Assembly (NCBI GenBank): GCA_031459385.1
Contig: JAVKIP010000003.1
Location: 40,413 to 104,412, forward strand
DNA from: Candidatus Fervidifonticultor secundus
Lineage (GTDB): Bacteria > Sysuimicrobiota > Sysuimicrobiia > Sysuimicrobiales > Humicultoraceae
DNA length: 64,000 bases
Direction: 5' to 3'
How positions within the stretch are numbered: position 1 is the first letter of the stretch; each line of letters starts with the position of its first letter. Of the stretch, positions 53,008 through 62,286 are shown in pieces. The notes under the pieces are model-generated. The model was given only the letters and a program-made list of their open reading frames with translations. It searched no databases and was not told where the DNA came from. The translations under genes and the position numbers were made by a program.

Positions 53008-54174
53008 CTACCGGCCCAGCGCCCGCGCCATCCGCTCCAGGATCTCGTCCAGCAGCGCCGGCGTCGTGGCGAAGTTGAGCCGCACGCACGACGGGGGCCC
53101 GTTGAACTCGGCGCCGTCGCTGAGCGCGACGCGCCCCTGCGCCAGGAAGAACGCCGCCGCAGGCTGCGGCAGGCCCAGCGCGCGGCAGTCGAGCCACGAC
53201 ATGTAGGTCCCCTCGGGCGGGCGGTGGCGGACCTCCGGGAGCCGCCCCCGCACGAACTGCGCCACGGTCCTGCGGTTCGCGTCGAGCTGGCGGAGGACGG
53301 CCTCCAGCCACGGCCCGCCCTCCCGCCACGCCGCGGCGGTGGCCCGCAGCCCGAGCACGCTGGGCGTCCCGCGCATGCGCGGGGGCAGGGCCTCGAAGCG
53401 CGCCCGCAGCGCCGGGGTGCCGAAGACCGCCACCGCGCAGCGCACGCCGGCGATGTTGAACGCCTTGGTTGCCGAGAGGAGGGTGATCGTCCGGGCGGCG
53501 ACATCCCCGCCCAGCGAGGCAAACGGGATGTGGCGCACCCCCGGGTAGACGACGTCCATCCAGATCTCGTCGGCGACGACCACCAGGTCGTGCGCCAGGA
53601 CCACCGCAGCGATGGCCTCGAGCTCGTCGCGGTGGAAGACGCGACCCGAGGGGTTGTGCGGGTTGCAAAGCAGCAGGAGCCTGACGCGCGGGTCTGCGGC
53701 CAGCCGGCGCAGGCCGTCCGGGTCCACGGCAGCCTCGCCGCAGGGGTCGCGCAGCGGGTTGTCCACGAGCCGCCGCCCCAGCGCCGCCACGCTCGAGAGG
53801 AACGGCGGGTAGATGGGGCTCTGGACGATGACACCGTCGCCCGGCTCGGTGAAGGCGTAGATGGCCAGGTAGAGGCCCTGGATCACGTCGGTCAGGACCG
53901 CCATGCTGTCGGCGGCCGGGGTCCAGCCGTGGCGGGCCGCCAGCCAGGCGGCCGCCGCACAGAACACGTCGTGCGCGTCCTCGGGCCGCTCGTAGCCCAG
54001 CGCCGAGCGCTCGGCGCTCCACCGCAACACGTCGCGCACCGGCTCGGGCGCGGGGAAGTCCATGTCCGCCACCCAGGCCGGCAGCACGTCGTCGCCGTAC
54101 CTGGTCCATTTGTGGCCGCGCCGCTCCCGGCAGTCAGCCTCGGTTGCCCCTACGCAGGGATCGATCCCCAGCAT
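53008..54174 (-). CDS. MalY/PatB family PLP enzyme (cystathionine beta-lyase-like)
   Basis: KW..Y..DVLPAWVADMDF, LCNPHNPSG, DEIW, SATKAFNIAG, EGTYMSWLD, RLNFAT. Confidence 0.9.
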   Translation of the reverse strand: MLGIDPCVGATEADCRERRGHKWTRYGDDVLPAWVADMDFPAPEPVRDVLRWSAERSALGYERPEDAHDVFCAAAAWLAARHGWTPAADSMAVLTDVIQGLYLAIYAFTEPGDGVIVQSPIYPPFLSSVAALGRRLVDNPLRDPCGEAAVDPDGLRRLAADPRVRLLLLCNPHNPSGRVFHRDELEAIAAVVLAHDLVVVADEIWMDVVYPGVRHIPFASLGGDVAARTITLLSATKAFNIAGVRCAVAVFGTPALRARFEALPPRMRGTPSVLGLRATAAAWREGGPWLEAVLRQLDANRRTVAQFVRGRLPEVRHRPPEGTYMSWLDCRALGLPQPAAAFFLAQGRVALSDGAEFNGPPSCVRLNFATTPALLDEILERMARALGR

Positions 54175-54321
54175 CTCGCCTCCTCGTGGCTGGTTCCCTG
54201 TCACCTTCGACGCGTCCCGGCGGTGCTTCCTCGTGCGGCGCGGGCAGCTGGAGGGACGGGCTGTGCACCCCCGGCCCTGCTGTGGTGAAATGAGAGGGCA
54301 CGACAGCTGCCGGAGGAGCAC

Positions 54322-55692
54322 GTGCTCATGGACACCGAACGCCTGGCGTGGACCGTTCCCGTGATCGCCGCCCCCGACGTGCTGGTCGTGGGCGGCGGGT
54401 CAGCCGGGATCGCCGCGGCGGCCGCGGCGGCCCGCACCGGCGCCCGCACGCTGCTGGTGGAGCGCTACGGCTTTCTCGGGGGTACCTCCACCGCAGCGCT
54501 GGTGGGCCCGTTCATGACCTCGTACACCACCGAGGGCCACCAGCCCGTGGTGGGCGGCATCTTCCGCGAGGTCGTCGACCGCATGATCGCCCTCGGGGGC
54601 GCCGTGGATCCGGGCGAGGTGCGCGAGGCCGGCTGGTGGGGCGCCTACATCACGATGGGCCACGCCCACGTCACGCCGTTCCACCCCGAGGCCCTGAAGC
54701 TGGCGGCCCAGGAACTGCTGGTGGAGGTCGGCGTCGACCTTCTCTTCCACACCACGTTCGTGGACACGCTGCGCGACGACCGCCGCGTGCGCGGCGTGGT
54801 GGTGGTGACCAAGGCGGGCCTCGGGGTCATCCGCGCGCAGGTTGTCATCGACTGCTCGGCCGACGGCGACGTCGCCGCGGCGGCCGGTGCCGAGTACATG
54901 AAGGGCCGCCCTGAGGACGGACGCATGCAGCCGGCCACGATGTTCTTCCGGCTGGGCGGGGTCGACGACGCGGCGGTGGCGGCGTGGATCGAGGAGCATG
55001 AACGCCTGCACCCCGGCGAGCGCATGTACGAGTGCGTCGTCCAGGCGGCCAAGGCCCGGGGCGAGTGGACCCTGCCCCGCGAGTACCTGAACTTCTACCG
55101 CGAGCCCGAACCCGGCGTCTGGCGGGTGAACGTGACCCGCGTGCTCGGCGTCGACGGCACCGATCCCCGCAGCCTGACCCAGGGAGAGCTCGAGGGGCGC
55201 CGGCAGGCCTGGTGGCTGGTGCAGTTCATCCGGCGGTCGTGCCGGGGCTTCGAGGACGCGCGCCTGCTTGAGATGGGCACGCAGCTCGGCGTGCGCGAGA
55301 CGCGCCGGATCGTGGGCGAGTATGTGCTCACCGGCGAAGACGTGCGTGAGGGCCGCCGCTTCCCCGACGCCATCGCCCGCGGCTCCTACCTGATCGACAT
55401 CCACGACCCCACAGGCACCCGCACGCGGCTCGAGCAGGTGCAGGCGCCGTTCTACGACATCCCCTACCGCGCGCTGGTGCCGAAGGCCACAGAGCAGCTC
55501 CTGGTGGCGGGGCGCTGCATCTCGGTGGACCACATCGCCTTCGGGTCCACGCGTGTCATCCCCACCTGCTACGCCACCGGGCAGGCGGCCGGGACGGCCG
55601 CGGCGCTGAGCGTGCAGGCCGGGGTGCCCCCGCGGGCCGTGGACGTGGCCCGGCTCCAGACGGCGATCCGCTCCGCCGGCGGCCTCTGCTGA
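54322..55692 (+). CDS. FAD-dependent oxidoreductase (FAD_oxidored family)
   Basis: DVLVVGGGSAG, ERYGFLGG, IDCSADGD, RETRRI.G.Y, YDIPYRALVP, LLVAGRCIS. Confidence 0.88.
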   Translation: MLMDTERLAWTVPVIAAPDVLVVGGGSAGIAAAAAAARTGARTLLVERYGFLGGTSTAALVGPFMTSYTTEGHQPVVGGIFREVVDRMIALGGAVDPGEVREAGWWGAYITMGHAHVTPFHPEALKLAAQELLVEVGVDLLFHTTFVDTLRDDRRVRGVVVVTKAGLGVIRAQVVIDCSADGDVAAAAGAEYMKGRPEDGRMQPATMFFRLGGVDDAAVAAWIEEHERLHPGERMYECVVQAAKARGEWTLPREYLNFYREPEPGVWRVNVTRVLGVDGTDPRSLTQGELEGRRQAWWLVQFIRRSCRGFEDARLLEMGTQLGVRETRRIVGEYVLTGEDVREGRRFPDAIARGSYLIDIHDPTGTRTRLEQVQAPFYDIPYRALVPKATEQLLVAGRCISVDHIAFGSTRVIPTCYATGQAAGTAAALSVQAGVPPRAVDVARLQTAIRSAGGLC

Positions 55693-55969
55693 GCGTGCCG
55701 CACGCGGGACGACCGCACCGTCTCCCCCTGGACCACCGGATCGTCAGCTTCGGATTCGCGCCCCGCGAATCTCGTCGCCCGTGTGACGTCGTCACCGTCA
55801 GACCGTGGTTCCTACGCTGGGGGCCAGCACGACCAACGGAGGGGATCATGAGGCGCACCATGCCCAAGACCGGCCGGGCTGACATCCCGCACGGCCGTCT
55901 GATGCTGCCCGTCCCGGCGGGTGGGGCCACGAGGTCCGCAGACGGGTGGGCCCCTGACGTGACCGCCTC

Positions 55970-56016
55970 TTGACAGAAGCTCCCAGTTCGGGTACGTAGG
56001 TGATAACGTTTTCACC
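55970..56016 (+). promoter_or_regulatory. Promoter plus LacI-family operator for the TRAP operon
   Basis: TTGACA at 55970; near-perfect palindrome GGTGATAACGTTTTCACC (55999-56016) with a LacI-type AACGTT core. Confidence 0.65.
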
Positions 56017-56075
56017 ATTCGGTATCACTTTCTTCTCGGCTGGGCAGGACGCATTCGACAGGGGAGGTGAGCGGT

Positions 56076-57059
56076 GTGCGGCTGCGGTATGCGGCAGTAG
56101 CGCTCGTGTCCCTGGTGCTGGTGACCGCAGGCGGGCCGGTGGGCGCGGCCGTCCTGCTTCGATGGGGAGAGGTACTGCCGGCCGACCATCCGTCGGTCCA
56201 GATGGTGTATCGCGTCGCCAGGCGGGTCGCTGAGGCGACCCAGGGGCGCGTGACCATCCAGGTGTTTCCCGCGGGCCAGCTGGGGAGCACCAGGGACCAG
56301 ATCGAGAACGTGATCCTGGGGACCCAGCACATGACCACCGAGGGCGCGGCCGCCATCAGCCAGTTTGTGCCGGCGCTGGGCGTCATCGAGGCGCCGTACA
56401 TCTGGCGTGACGTGGCCCACCTGGCGAAGGTCATGGAAGGGCCCGTCGGGCAGGAGCTCTCACGCCAGCTCGTGGAGAAGGCTGGCATTCGCGTCCTGGG
56501 GACCACCTACTACGGCGTGCGCCATCTGACGACGTCAACCAAGCCCGTCCGTACGGTGGCGGACATGCGCGAGTTCAAGCTCCGGGTACCGGAGAACGAC
56601 GTCTTCCTGGCCATGGCGCGCGCCTGGGGAGCCAAACCCACGCCTATGGCCTTCGGGGAGCTGTACCTCGCCCTCAAGCTGGGAGTCGTCGACGGGCAGG
56701 AGAATCCGCTGCCCACCATCGACTCAGGGAAGTTCTACGAGGTGCAGAAGTACCTGGTACTGACCGGCCACATTCTCACCCCGCGGTTGGTCCTGATCAA
56801 CGAGCGCTCGTTCCGCACCCTCCTTAGCGCCACAGACCAGGCGGCGCTGGTGGAGGCCGTCGCTGAAGGCATCGCCTGGCAGAACCAGCAAATTCAGGTC
56901 CTGGAGGGCACGCTGACGGGAAAGTTCAGGCGGGCGGGGATGGAGATCCTCCAGCCCGACGTGGAGTCGTTCCGGCGGCCGGTTGTGTCGGCGCTCCCCG
57001 CGCAATTCGAGTCCCGGTGGGGCGCGGGGCTCTATCAGCGCATCGCCGCCGCCCGATAG
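56076..57059 (+). CDS. dctP: TRAP transporter substrate-binding protein (DctP/SiaP family)
   Basis: FPAGQLG, KLRVP, PTPMAFGELY, VDGQENP, FYEVQKY. Confidence 0.9.
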   Translation: MRLRYAAVALVSLVLVTAGGPVGAAVLLRWGEVLPADHPSVQMVYRVARRVAEATQGRVTIQVFPAGQLGSTRDQIENVILGTQHMTTEGAAAISQFVPALGVIEAPYIWRDVAHLAKVMEGPVGQELSRQLVEKAGIRVLGTTYYGVRHLTTSTKPVRTVADMREFKLRVPENDVFLAMARAWGAKPTPMAFGELYLALKLGVVDGQENPLPTIDSGKFYEVQKYLVLTGHILTPRLVLINERSFRTLLSATDQAALVEAVAEGIAWQNQQIQVLEGTLTGKFRRAGMEILQPDVESFRRPVVSALPAQFESRWGAGLYQRIAAAR

Positions 57060-57090
57060 CGCATCTCGACATTCTGCCGGGGCGGTGCCG

Positions 57091-57579
57091 GTGCCCGCGC
57101 TCAGGCGGTTCAACGCCAGCCTGGACCGGTGCGTGAGCGCGGCGGCGGTGGCGTGCTTCGCGGCCATCTTTGCCGTCGTGCTCGTCCAGATCGTGTTCCG
57201 CTACGTCCTTAAGGCCCCGCTGGTGTGGACGGAGGAGGCGGCCCGCTATCTCTATATCTGGACCTGCTACCTCGGGGGCGCGATGGCGTACCGGCGAGGC
57301 CAGCACATCGTGATCGAGGTCCTCCTCAAGCGCGTCTTCCTGCGGGCGGCGACGGCCGCCCGCGTCGCGGGCCAGCTGCTGGCCGGTGCCTTCTTTCTGA
57401 CCCTGACCGTGCAGGGCGCGCGTCTGGTGATGCGCACGGGCTCTGTCCTGGCCATCACGCTGCCGCTGGCGTGGTCGGTCATCTACGCCGCCGCGCCGCT
57501 GACGGCCGCTGTGATGTTCTTCCAGACCCTGGAGATGCTGGGTGACGCGCTGATCGGATCGCGCAGGCGCGAGCGGTGA
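57091..57579 (+). CDS. dctQ: TRAP transporter small permease
   Basis: QIVFRY, WTEEAARY, HIVI; 4 TM helices; start approximate. Confidence 0.88.
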   Translation: MPALRRFNASLDRCVSAAAVACFAAIFAVVLVQIVFRYVLKAPLVWTEEAARYLYIWTCYLGGAMAYRRGQHIVIEVLLKRVFLRAATAARVAGQLLAGAFFLTLTVQGARLVMRTGSVLAITLPLAWSVIYAAAPLTAAVMFFQTLEMLGDALIGSRRRER

Positions 57580-58856
57580 CACCGACCGCGCTCATGGGCG
57601 TGTGGCTGGCCCTGGTGGTCCTGGGGATGCCGATCTTCCTGAGCCTCGGTGTTGCCAGCCTGGGCTACCTCTGGGTCCACGGCGACGTCCTGCTCGCCGT
57701 GCCGCAGCGGCTGACCGCCGCGGCTAACTCCTTCACGCTGCTGGCCGCGCCCTTTTTCATGCTCGTCGGACTGGCGATGAACACGGCCGGCGTCACCCAG
57801 CGCATCTACCAGTTCGCCGAAGGCCTCACCGGCTGGCTGCGCGGCGGCCTGGCGCACGTGAACGTGGTCGGCAGCGTGATCTTCGCCGGGATGTCGGGAT
57901 CGGCCGTCGCCGACGCTGCCGGATTGGGCGCCATCGAGATCAAGGCCATGACCGACGAAGGATACGAGCGCGAATTCGCCGCCGCGGTCACCGCGGCGTC
58001 GGCGACCATCGGCCCGATCATCCCGCCCAGCGTGCCGCTCCTCTTCTACGGCGTCCTGGCCGATACGTCTATCGGGCGCCTGTTTCTCGGCGGCCTGGTC
58101 CCAGGGTTGCTGATGGCCGCCCTCCTGATGGTCATGGTGGCCTGGATGAGCCACCGCCGTGGCTACCGGGCCCACCCCTTCCCGGGCATCCGGGAGATGA
58201 CGCACCGCACCTGGCGCGCCGCCCCTTCCCTGCTGACGCCGGCCCTGCTCCTTGGTGGAATGCTCGGCGGCGTCTTCACGCCGACGGAAGCGGCGTTCGT
58301 CGCCGCCGCCTATGCGCTGGTGCTCGGGCTCGTGGTGCACCGTGAGTTGCGCTGGCGCGACGTCCCCCGGCTCTTTCGGGAGACCGTCGAGACCAACGGG
58401 GTCGTCCTGCTGCTGGTCATGGCCTCGTCGCTGTTCGGGTGGGTGCTGACCCGGGCGCAGCTCCCCCAGCAGCTCGGCGCCTGGTTCCTGGCGGCCTCCA
58501 CGGACCCGCTGGTCGTGCTCCTGCTCATCAACCTCTTCCTCCTGGTGGTGGGGTGCTTCATGGAGGCGCTGGCGGCGCTGGTGATCCTGGTTCCGCTGTT
58601 TCTACCCGTCATCAAGACGCTGGGGATCGACCCGGTACACTTCGGCGTCCTGATGGTCCTGAACCTCATGATCGGGACCCTCACGCCGCCGATCGGCATC
58701 GTCCTGTTTGTCGTCTCGCGGGTGGCCAACCTGCCCTTCGAGGCCGTGGTCCGATCCACGCTGCCCTTCCTGGTGCCTCTGGTGTGCGTGCTCCTGCTCA
58801 TCACGGTGTTCCCGGACCTGGTCTTGTTCGTGCCGCGGCTGGTCCTGGGCCCCTGA
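57576..58856 (+). CDS. dctM: TRAP transporter large permease
   Basis: GGLAHVN, SGSAVAD, IIPPS, FTPTEA, IDPVHFG, TPPIG. Confidence 0.92.
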   Translation: MTPTALMGVWLALVVLGMPIFLSLGVASLGYLWVHGDVLLAVPQRLTAAANSFTLLAAPFFMLVGLAMNTAGVTQRIYQFAEGLTGWLRGGLAHVNVVGSVIFAGMSGSAVADAAGLGAIEIKAMTDEGYEREFAAAVTAASATIGPIIPPSVPLLFYGVLADTSIGRLFLGGLVPGLLMAALLMVMVAWMSHRRGYRAHPFPGIREMTHRTWRAAPSLLTPALLLGGMLGGVFTPTEAAFVAAAYALVLGLVVHRELRWRDVPRLFRETVETNGVVLLLVMASSLFGWVLTRAQLPQQLGAWFLAASTDPLVVLLLINLFLLVVGCFMEALAALVILVPLFLPVIKTLGIDPVHFGVLMVLNLMIGTLTPPIGIVLFVVSRVANLPFEAVVRSTLPFLVPLVCVLLLITVFPDLVLFVPRLVLGP

Positions 58857-58938
58857 TCAGTGGCCCGGCGGCGTCGTCTGGAATCAGGCGTGCCCGGCCT
58901 GCCCGACTCGCCCGGGACCTGACCCCAGGCACGGCCGG

Positions 58939-60252
58939 TCACCCGCCCTCGGCCAGCAGCACCTCCAGCAGGCGGTCGGCCGCCCGGCGCATGAACGCGG
59001 CCACCTCCTCCGGGGCCTGGGGATCCGGCTCATCCGGCCCCGGGTTGAGCACCGCCGTGGCGTAGAACTCCAAAAACGGCGAGATGCTCTTGAAGGGGTA
59101 GAGGACGTAGACTTTCTTCCCCGTGGTGTGGGCGTGCACCATCTCCGAGAGCACGCCGAACGACATCTGGCTGGTGGGGTAGAACACCACGTTCAGGTCG
59201 GACTGGTCGATCAGGCGCAGGTCGCGCACCACGGTGGCCCGCCCCAGGGCCAGACGCGTGCGATCGTCGAGGCGCTGCGCCCAGCGGCGCAGGTGCTGCA
59301 GCGACCCGGCCCAGGCCTCCAGCTCCGCGCGCTGCTCGGCCGGGAACTGCCGGACGAACTCCTCCTCGTCGAGCTGGCCGAACGCCGCCGCCTCCTCGTC
59401 CCTCACCGACAGGGGGTCGAAGACCACGAAGTGCTGGCGCAGGCGCTCGCCGAACTGGCGGGCCAGGGCGATCAGGTCGGCCTGCCCCTCGCGGCGCAGG
59501 TTGGTGATGGGGTAGCCTAGGTAGACGCAACGCCTTTTTTTGCAGATGAGGTCGACGAGGGTCCAGACCGGCTCGTCGTGCGCGATCAGGTAGTGCGGCA
59601 CGCGCTCGTAGGCGGCGAACATCTTGGAGACGAACACCTCCTGCTCCTGCCAGGCGATCAGGTCGCTCGCCTCCAGCTTGCCGCGCCACTGGTCGGTCTC
59701 CTCCAGGCGCCGGTGGATCTGGTAGACGCTGTCGACCAGCGTGATGTAGAAGATGCCCTCGGGTCGGACCGGCGGTGCGAGGCGCAGGCCGGGCAGCGTC
59801 TCCTGCACCGCCCCTGCCTCGGCCGGCTGGCGGCGCCGGGTCTCGTCGAAGAGCAGCTTGAGGTAGTGGGTGTCCAGACCGGGGATCAGGTGCCCCTTCC
59901 ACCAGAAGCAGGCGTGGGTCACCAGAATCGTGCACAGGTCCGGCTCCCACAGCGCGGGGTCGTTCACGACCTCGGTGAAGACGATAGCCCGCAGCTCCTG
60001 CAACGCCTCGGGCGACATGTCGAGGATCGTCTCGGTGCGCACGTCCAGCCCCAGGTCGCGGGCCCGCTCCAGCATCCGGCCGCCCAGGTCCACGGCGCGC
60101 AGGCGGCGGATCGGCCAGACCCAGCGCCCCGCGCGCAGCTCCTGCTGGATGCGCCGGTTCCCCTCCTCGACGACGCGGGCCAGGTAGCCCGGGGCGCCGC
60201 CGACGTCGCGGAGCTTGCCGGTGCCCGAGATGCCCGTGGCGATGACGATCAC
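58939..60252 (-). CDS. Fusion of an archaeal-type adenylate kinase (AdkA-like P-loop) domain and a nucleoside 2-deoxyribosyltransferase/Rcl-like domain
   Basis: N-terminal: TGISGTGK, VDLGGRM, LVTHA, LIPGLD. C-terminal: VYLGYP, FDP, RDLRLIDQSD, SFGVLSEM..A...GKKV. Confidence 0.7.
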   Translation of the reverse strand: MIVIATGISGTGKLRDVGGAPGYLARVVEEGNRRIQQELRAGRWVWPIRRLRAVDLGGRMLERARDLGLDVRTETILDMSPEALQELRAIVFTEVVNDPALWEPDLCTILVTHACFWWKGHLIPGLDTHYLKLLFDETRRRQPAEAGAVQETLPGLRLAPPVRPEGIFYITLVDSVYQIHRRLEETDQWRGKLEASDLIAWQEQEVFVSKMFAAYERVPHYLIAHDEPVWTLVDLICKKRRCVYLGYPITNLRREGQADLIALARQFGERLRQHFVVFDPLSVRDEEAAAFGQLDEEEFVRQFPAEQRAELEAWAGSLQHLRRWAQRLDDRTRLALGRATVVRDLRLIDQSDLNVVFYPTSQMSFGVLSEMVHAHTTGKKVYVLYPFKSISPFLEFYATAVLNPGPDEPDPQAPEEVAAFMRRAADRLLEVLLAEGG

Positions 60253-60269
60253 CGCGTCACCTCACGGCG

Positions 60270-61397
60270 TCAGGCCGTGACCTCGTAGCGGCGGATCAGG
60301 TCCCAGTTCAGGTCGAGCCCGAGCCCCGGGCTCGCGGGCAGCGCCAGCATGCCGCGCCGCGGCGCGGGGAACGGCTGCACGAAGATGTCGCGCAGGGCGT
60401 TGGGCGCGTAGAAGTACTCGTAGGTGGAGACGTTCGGGAGCGCCGCGGCCAGGTGCAGCGACGCCAGGTGCGCGACCCCGCCGGAGAACCCCGTGTGGGG
60501 CGCCACCCGCAGGTTGTAGGCGTGGGCCAGCGCCGCGGCCCGGCGGGCACCGACGAAGCCGCCGATGCGCGCGATCTCGGGCTGCAAGATGTCCACCGCC
60601 CGCCGCTCGATCAGGTCGCGGAACCCGAAGACTCCGAACTCCGACTCGCCGCACGCCAGCGGGATCGTCGTGCGCTGCCGCAACAACGCGTAGCCGGAGA
60701 GGTCGTCGGGCGGCACGGGCTCCTCCAGCCAAGCGACGTCCAGGGGCTCCAGCTGCCGGGCCACCCGGACCGCGGTGGCCGCGTCGTAGGCACCGTTGGC
60801 GTCCAGCATGATCTCCACCTCGGGTCCCACGGCCTCCCGCACGGCGCGCACCGACGCCACATCGGCCCGCAGCCCCCCGAGGGCCGGCGGCCGGCCGATC
60901 TTGACCTTGATGGCGACGTGCCCGGCGGCGGCCTGGGCCGCGGCCTCGGCCGCCATCTGCTCGATCGGCGCGAAGTAGACCGACGAGGCGTAGCACCGCA
61001 CCTCGGTCCGCCCGGCGCCGCCCAGGAACTTGTACAGGGGCACCCCGGCGGCGCGCGCCAGCAGGTCGTGGAGCGCGATGTCGATGCCACTCAACGCCTC
61101 GAAGACGAACCCGCGGTAGTGCCCCCAGCGCCGCAGCTGCTCGAAGAGCAGGTCCCACAGCCCCTCGAGGTCGCGCGGGTCGCGGCCCAGCACCAGCGGC
61201 GCCATCAGGTGGTGGATGGCGGTCGTGACAACCTCGGGGGCCTTGCGGGCGATCGCCTCGCCCCACCCTACATGGCCGTCGTCGGTGCGCACCTCGACGA
61301 GTGTGGCCGTAAACGTCCCGAACGCGCCGATCCCGAACAGCAACGGCCGGTCCAGGGCGGCGGACAGCGTGTAGGTCTTGACAGACGCGATCTTCAC
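60270..61397 (-). CDS. Mandelate racemase/muconate lactonizing enzyme family (enolase superfamily)
   Basis: GWGE, SGIDIALHDL, KVKIG, MLDAN, WLEEP, ACGE, APH. Confidence 0.9.
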   Translation of the reverse strand: MKIASVKTYTLSAALDRPLLFGIGAFGTFTATLVEVRTDDGHVGWGEAIARKAPEVVTTAIHHLMAPLVLGRDPRDLEGLWDLLFEQLRRWGHYRGFVFEALSGIDIALHDLLARAAGVPLYKFLGGAGRTEVRCYASSVYFAPIEQMAAEAAAQAAAGHVAIKVKIGRPPALGGLRADVASVRAVREAVGPEVEIMLDANGAYDAATAVRVARQLEPLDVAWLEEPVPPDDLSGYALLRQRTTIPLACGESEFGVFGFRDLIERRAVDILQPEIARIGGFVGARRAAALAHAYNLRVAPHTGFSGGVAHLASLHLAAALPNVSTYEYFYAPNALRDIFVQPFPAPRRGMLALPASPGLGLDLNWDLIRRYEVTA

Positions 61398-61455
61398 CGG
61401 CGCTCCTCACCTTCCCGGGCGACGCCCTGTGGGCCTGGCCGGGCGCCGCCCCATG

Positions 61456-62211
61456 CTAGCGGAACAGGTCTTCCTCCTCCGGCCGCACGAGCTCCGCTGC
61501 GCGTCCCGTGCCGCGGTAGTCGAGCCCGCGGATCAGCACGAGCGGCGTCCCCTCGGCGGCCTGCCCCTGGAGGAGGTTCGCCAGCGCCGCGCACTCATCC
61601 GCCACGGCCTCCATCGACACCCGCAGCACGTACCCGTAGCGGTCCTCCTCGCCGATATACGAGCGCAGGACGGTGAGGCCCGCCGCCCCGATCGCGGTGC
61701 CCGTGGTCCCCTGCCTGAACGGCCGCCCATGGCTGTCGTTGACGACAACCGCGACGTCTGCGCCGAACGCCTCCTCCAGCCCGGTCCGGATGCGCGCCGC
61801 AGCCGCATCCGGATCGGCCGGCAGCAGCGCCACGACGTGCTCGCCGAGGCCCACGTTCGAATGGTCCACGCCCGCGTTGGCGCACACGAAGCCCAGCCGG
61901 TGCTCGGCGATGATCAACCCCGGCCGCACGCGGCGGATGGCCCTCGACTCGCGCAGGATCACCTCCACCAGCCGGGGATCCTTCTTCGCCTCCTCCGCCA
62001 GGGCCAGCGCCTGCGGCGAGGGGGTCACCGTGCGCAGGTCGACGACACGCCCGTCGGCCTTGGAGACCACCTTGTGGGCCACCACGACGACATCGCCAGC
62101 GACCGGCACCAGGCTAGCACCGCGCAGCGCGGCCACGATCGCCCCGATGAGGTCGTCGCCCGGCCGGATGTCGGGAAACGGCTCGGGCGCCCACGCCAGG
62201 ACGGTCTTCAT
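61456..62211 (-). CDS. cofE: Coenzyme F420-0:L-glutamate ligase
   Basis: PGDDL, HKVVSKADG, CANAGVDHSN, LLPADPD, DSHGRPFRQG, AVADE. Confidence 0.9.
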   Translation of the reverse strand: MKTVLAWAPEPFPDIRPGDDLIGAIVAALRGASLVPVAGDVVVVAHKVVSKADGRVVDLRTVTPSPQALALAEEAKKDPRLVEVILRESRAIRRVRPGLIIAEHRLGFVCANAGVDHSNVGLGEHVVALLPADPDAAAARIRTGLEEAFGADVAVVVNDSHGRPFRQGTTGTAIGAAGLTVLRSYIGEEDRYGYVLRVSMEAVADECAALANLLQGQAAEGTPLVLIRGLDYRGTGRAAELVRPEEEDLFR

Positions 62212-62286
62212 CGTGCCAGGATGGTGGGCATCGGCCCACGACCGTCGTCATCGGGCAGGACCGCGGTCATCGCTCCACGTCGGTCC

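Noticed and set aside
55848-55973. 41-codon ORF with a GGAGG SD upstream of the TRAP promoter
   Set aside because: No recognisable motif and its stop overlaps the -35 box; insufficient evidence.
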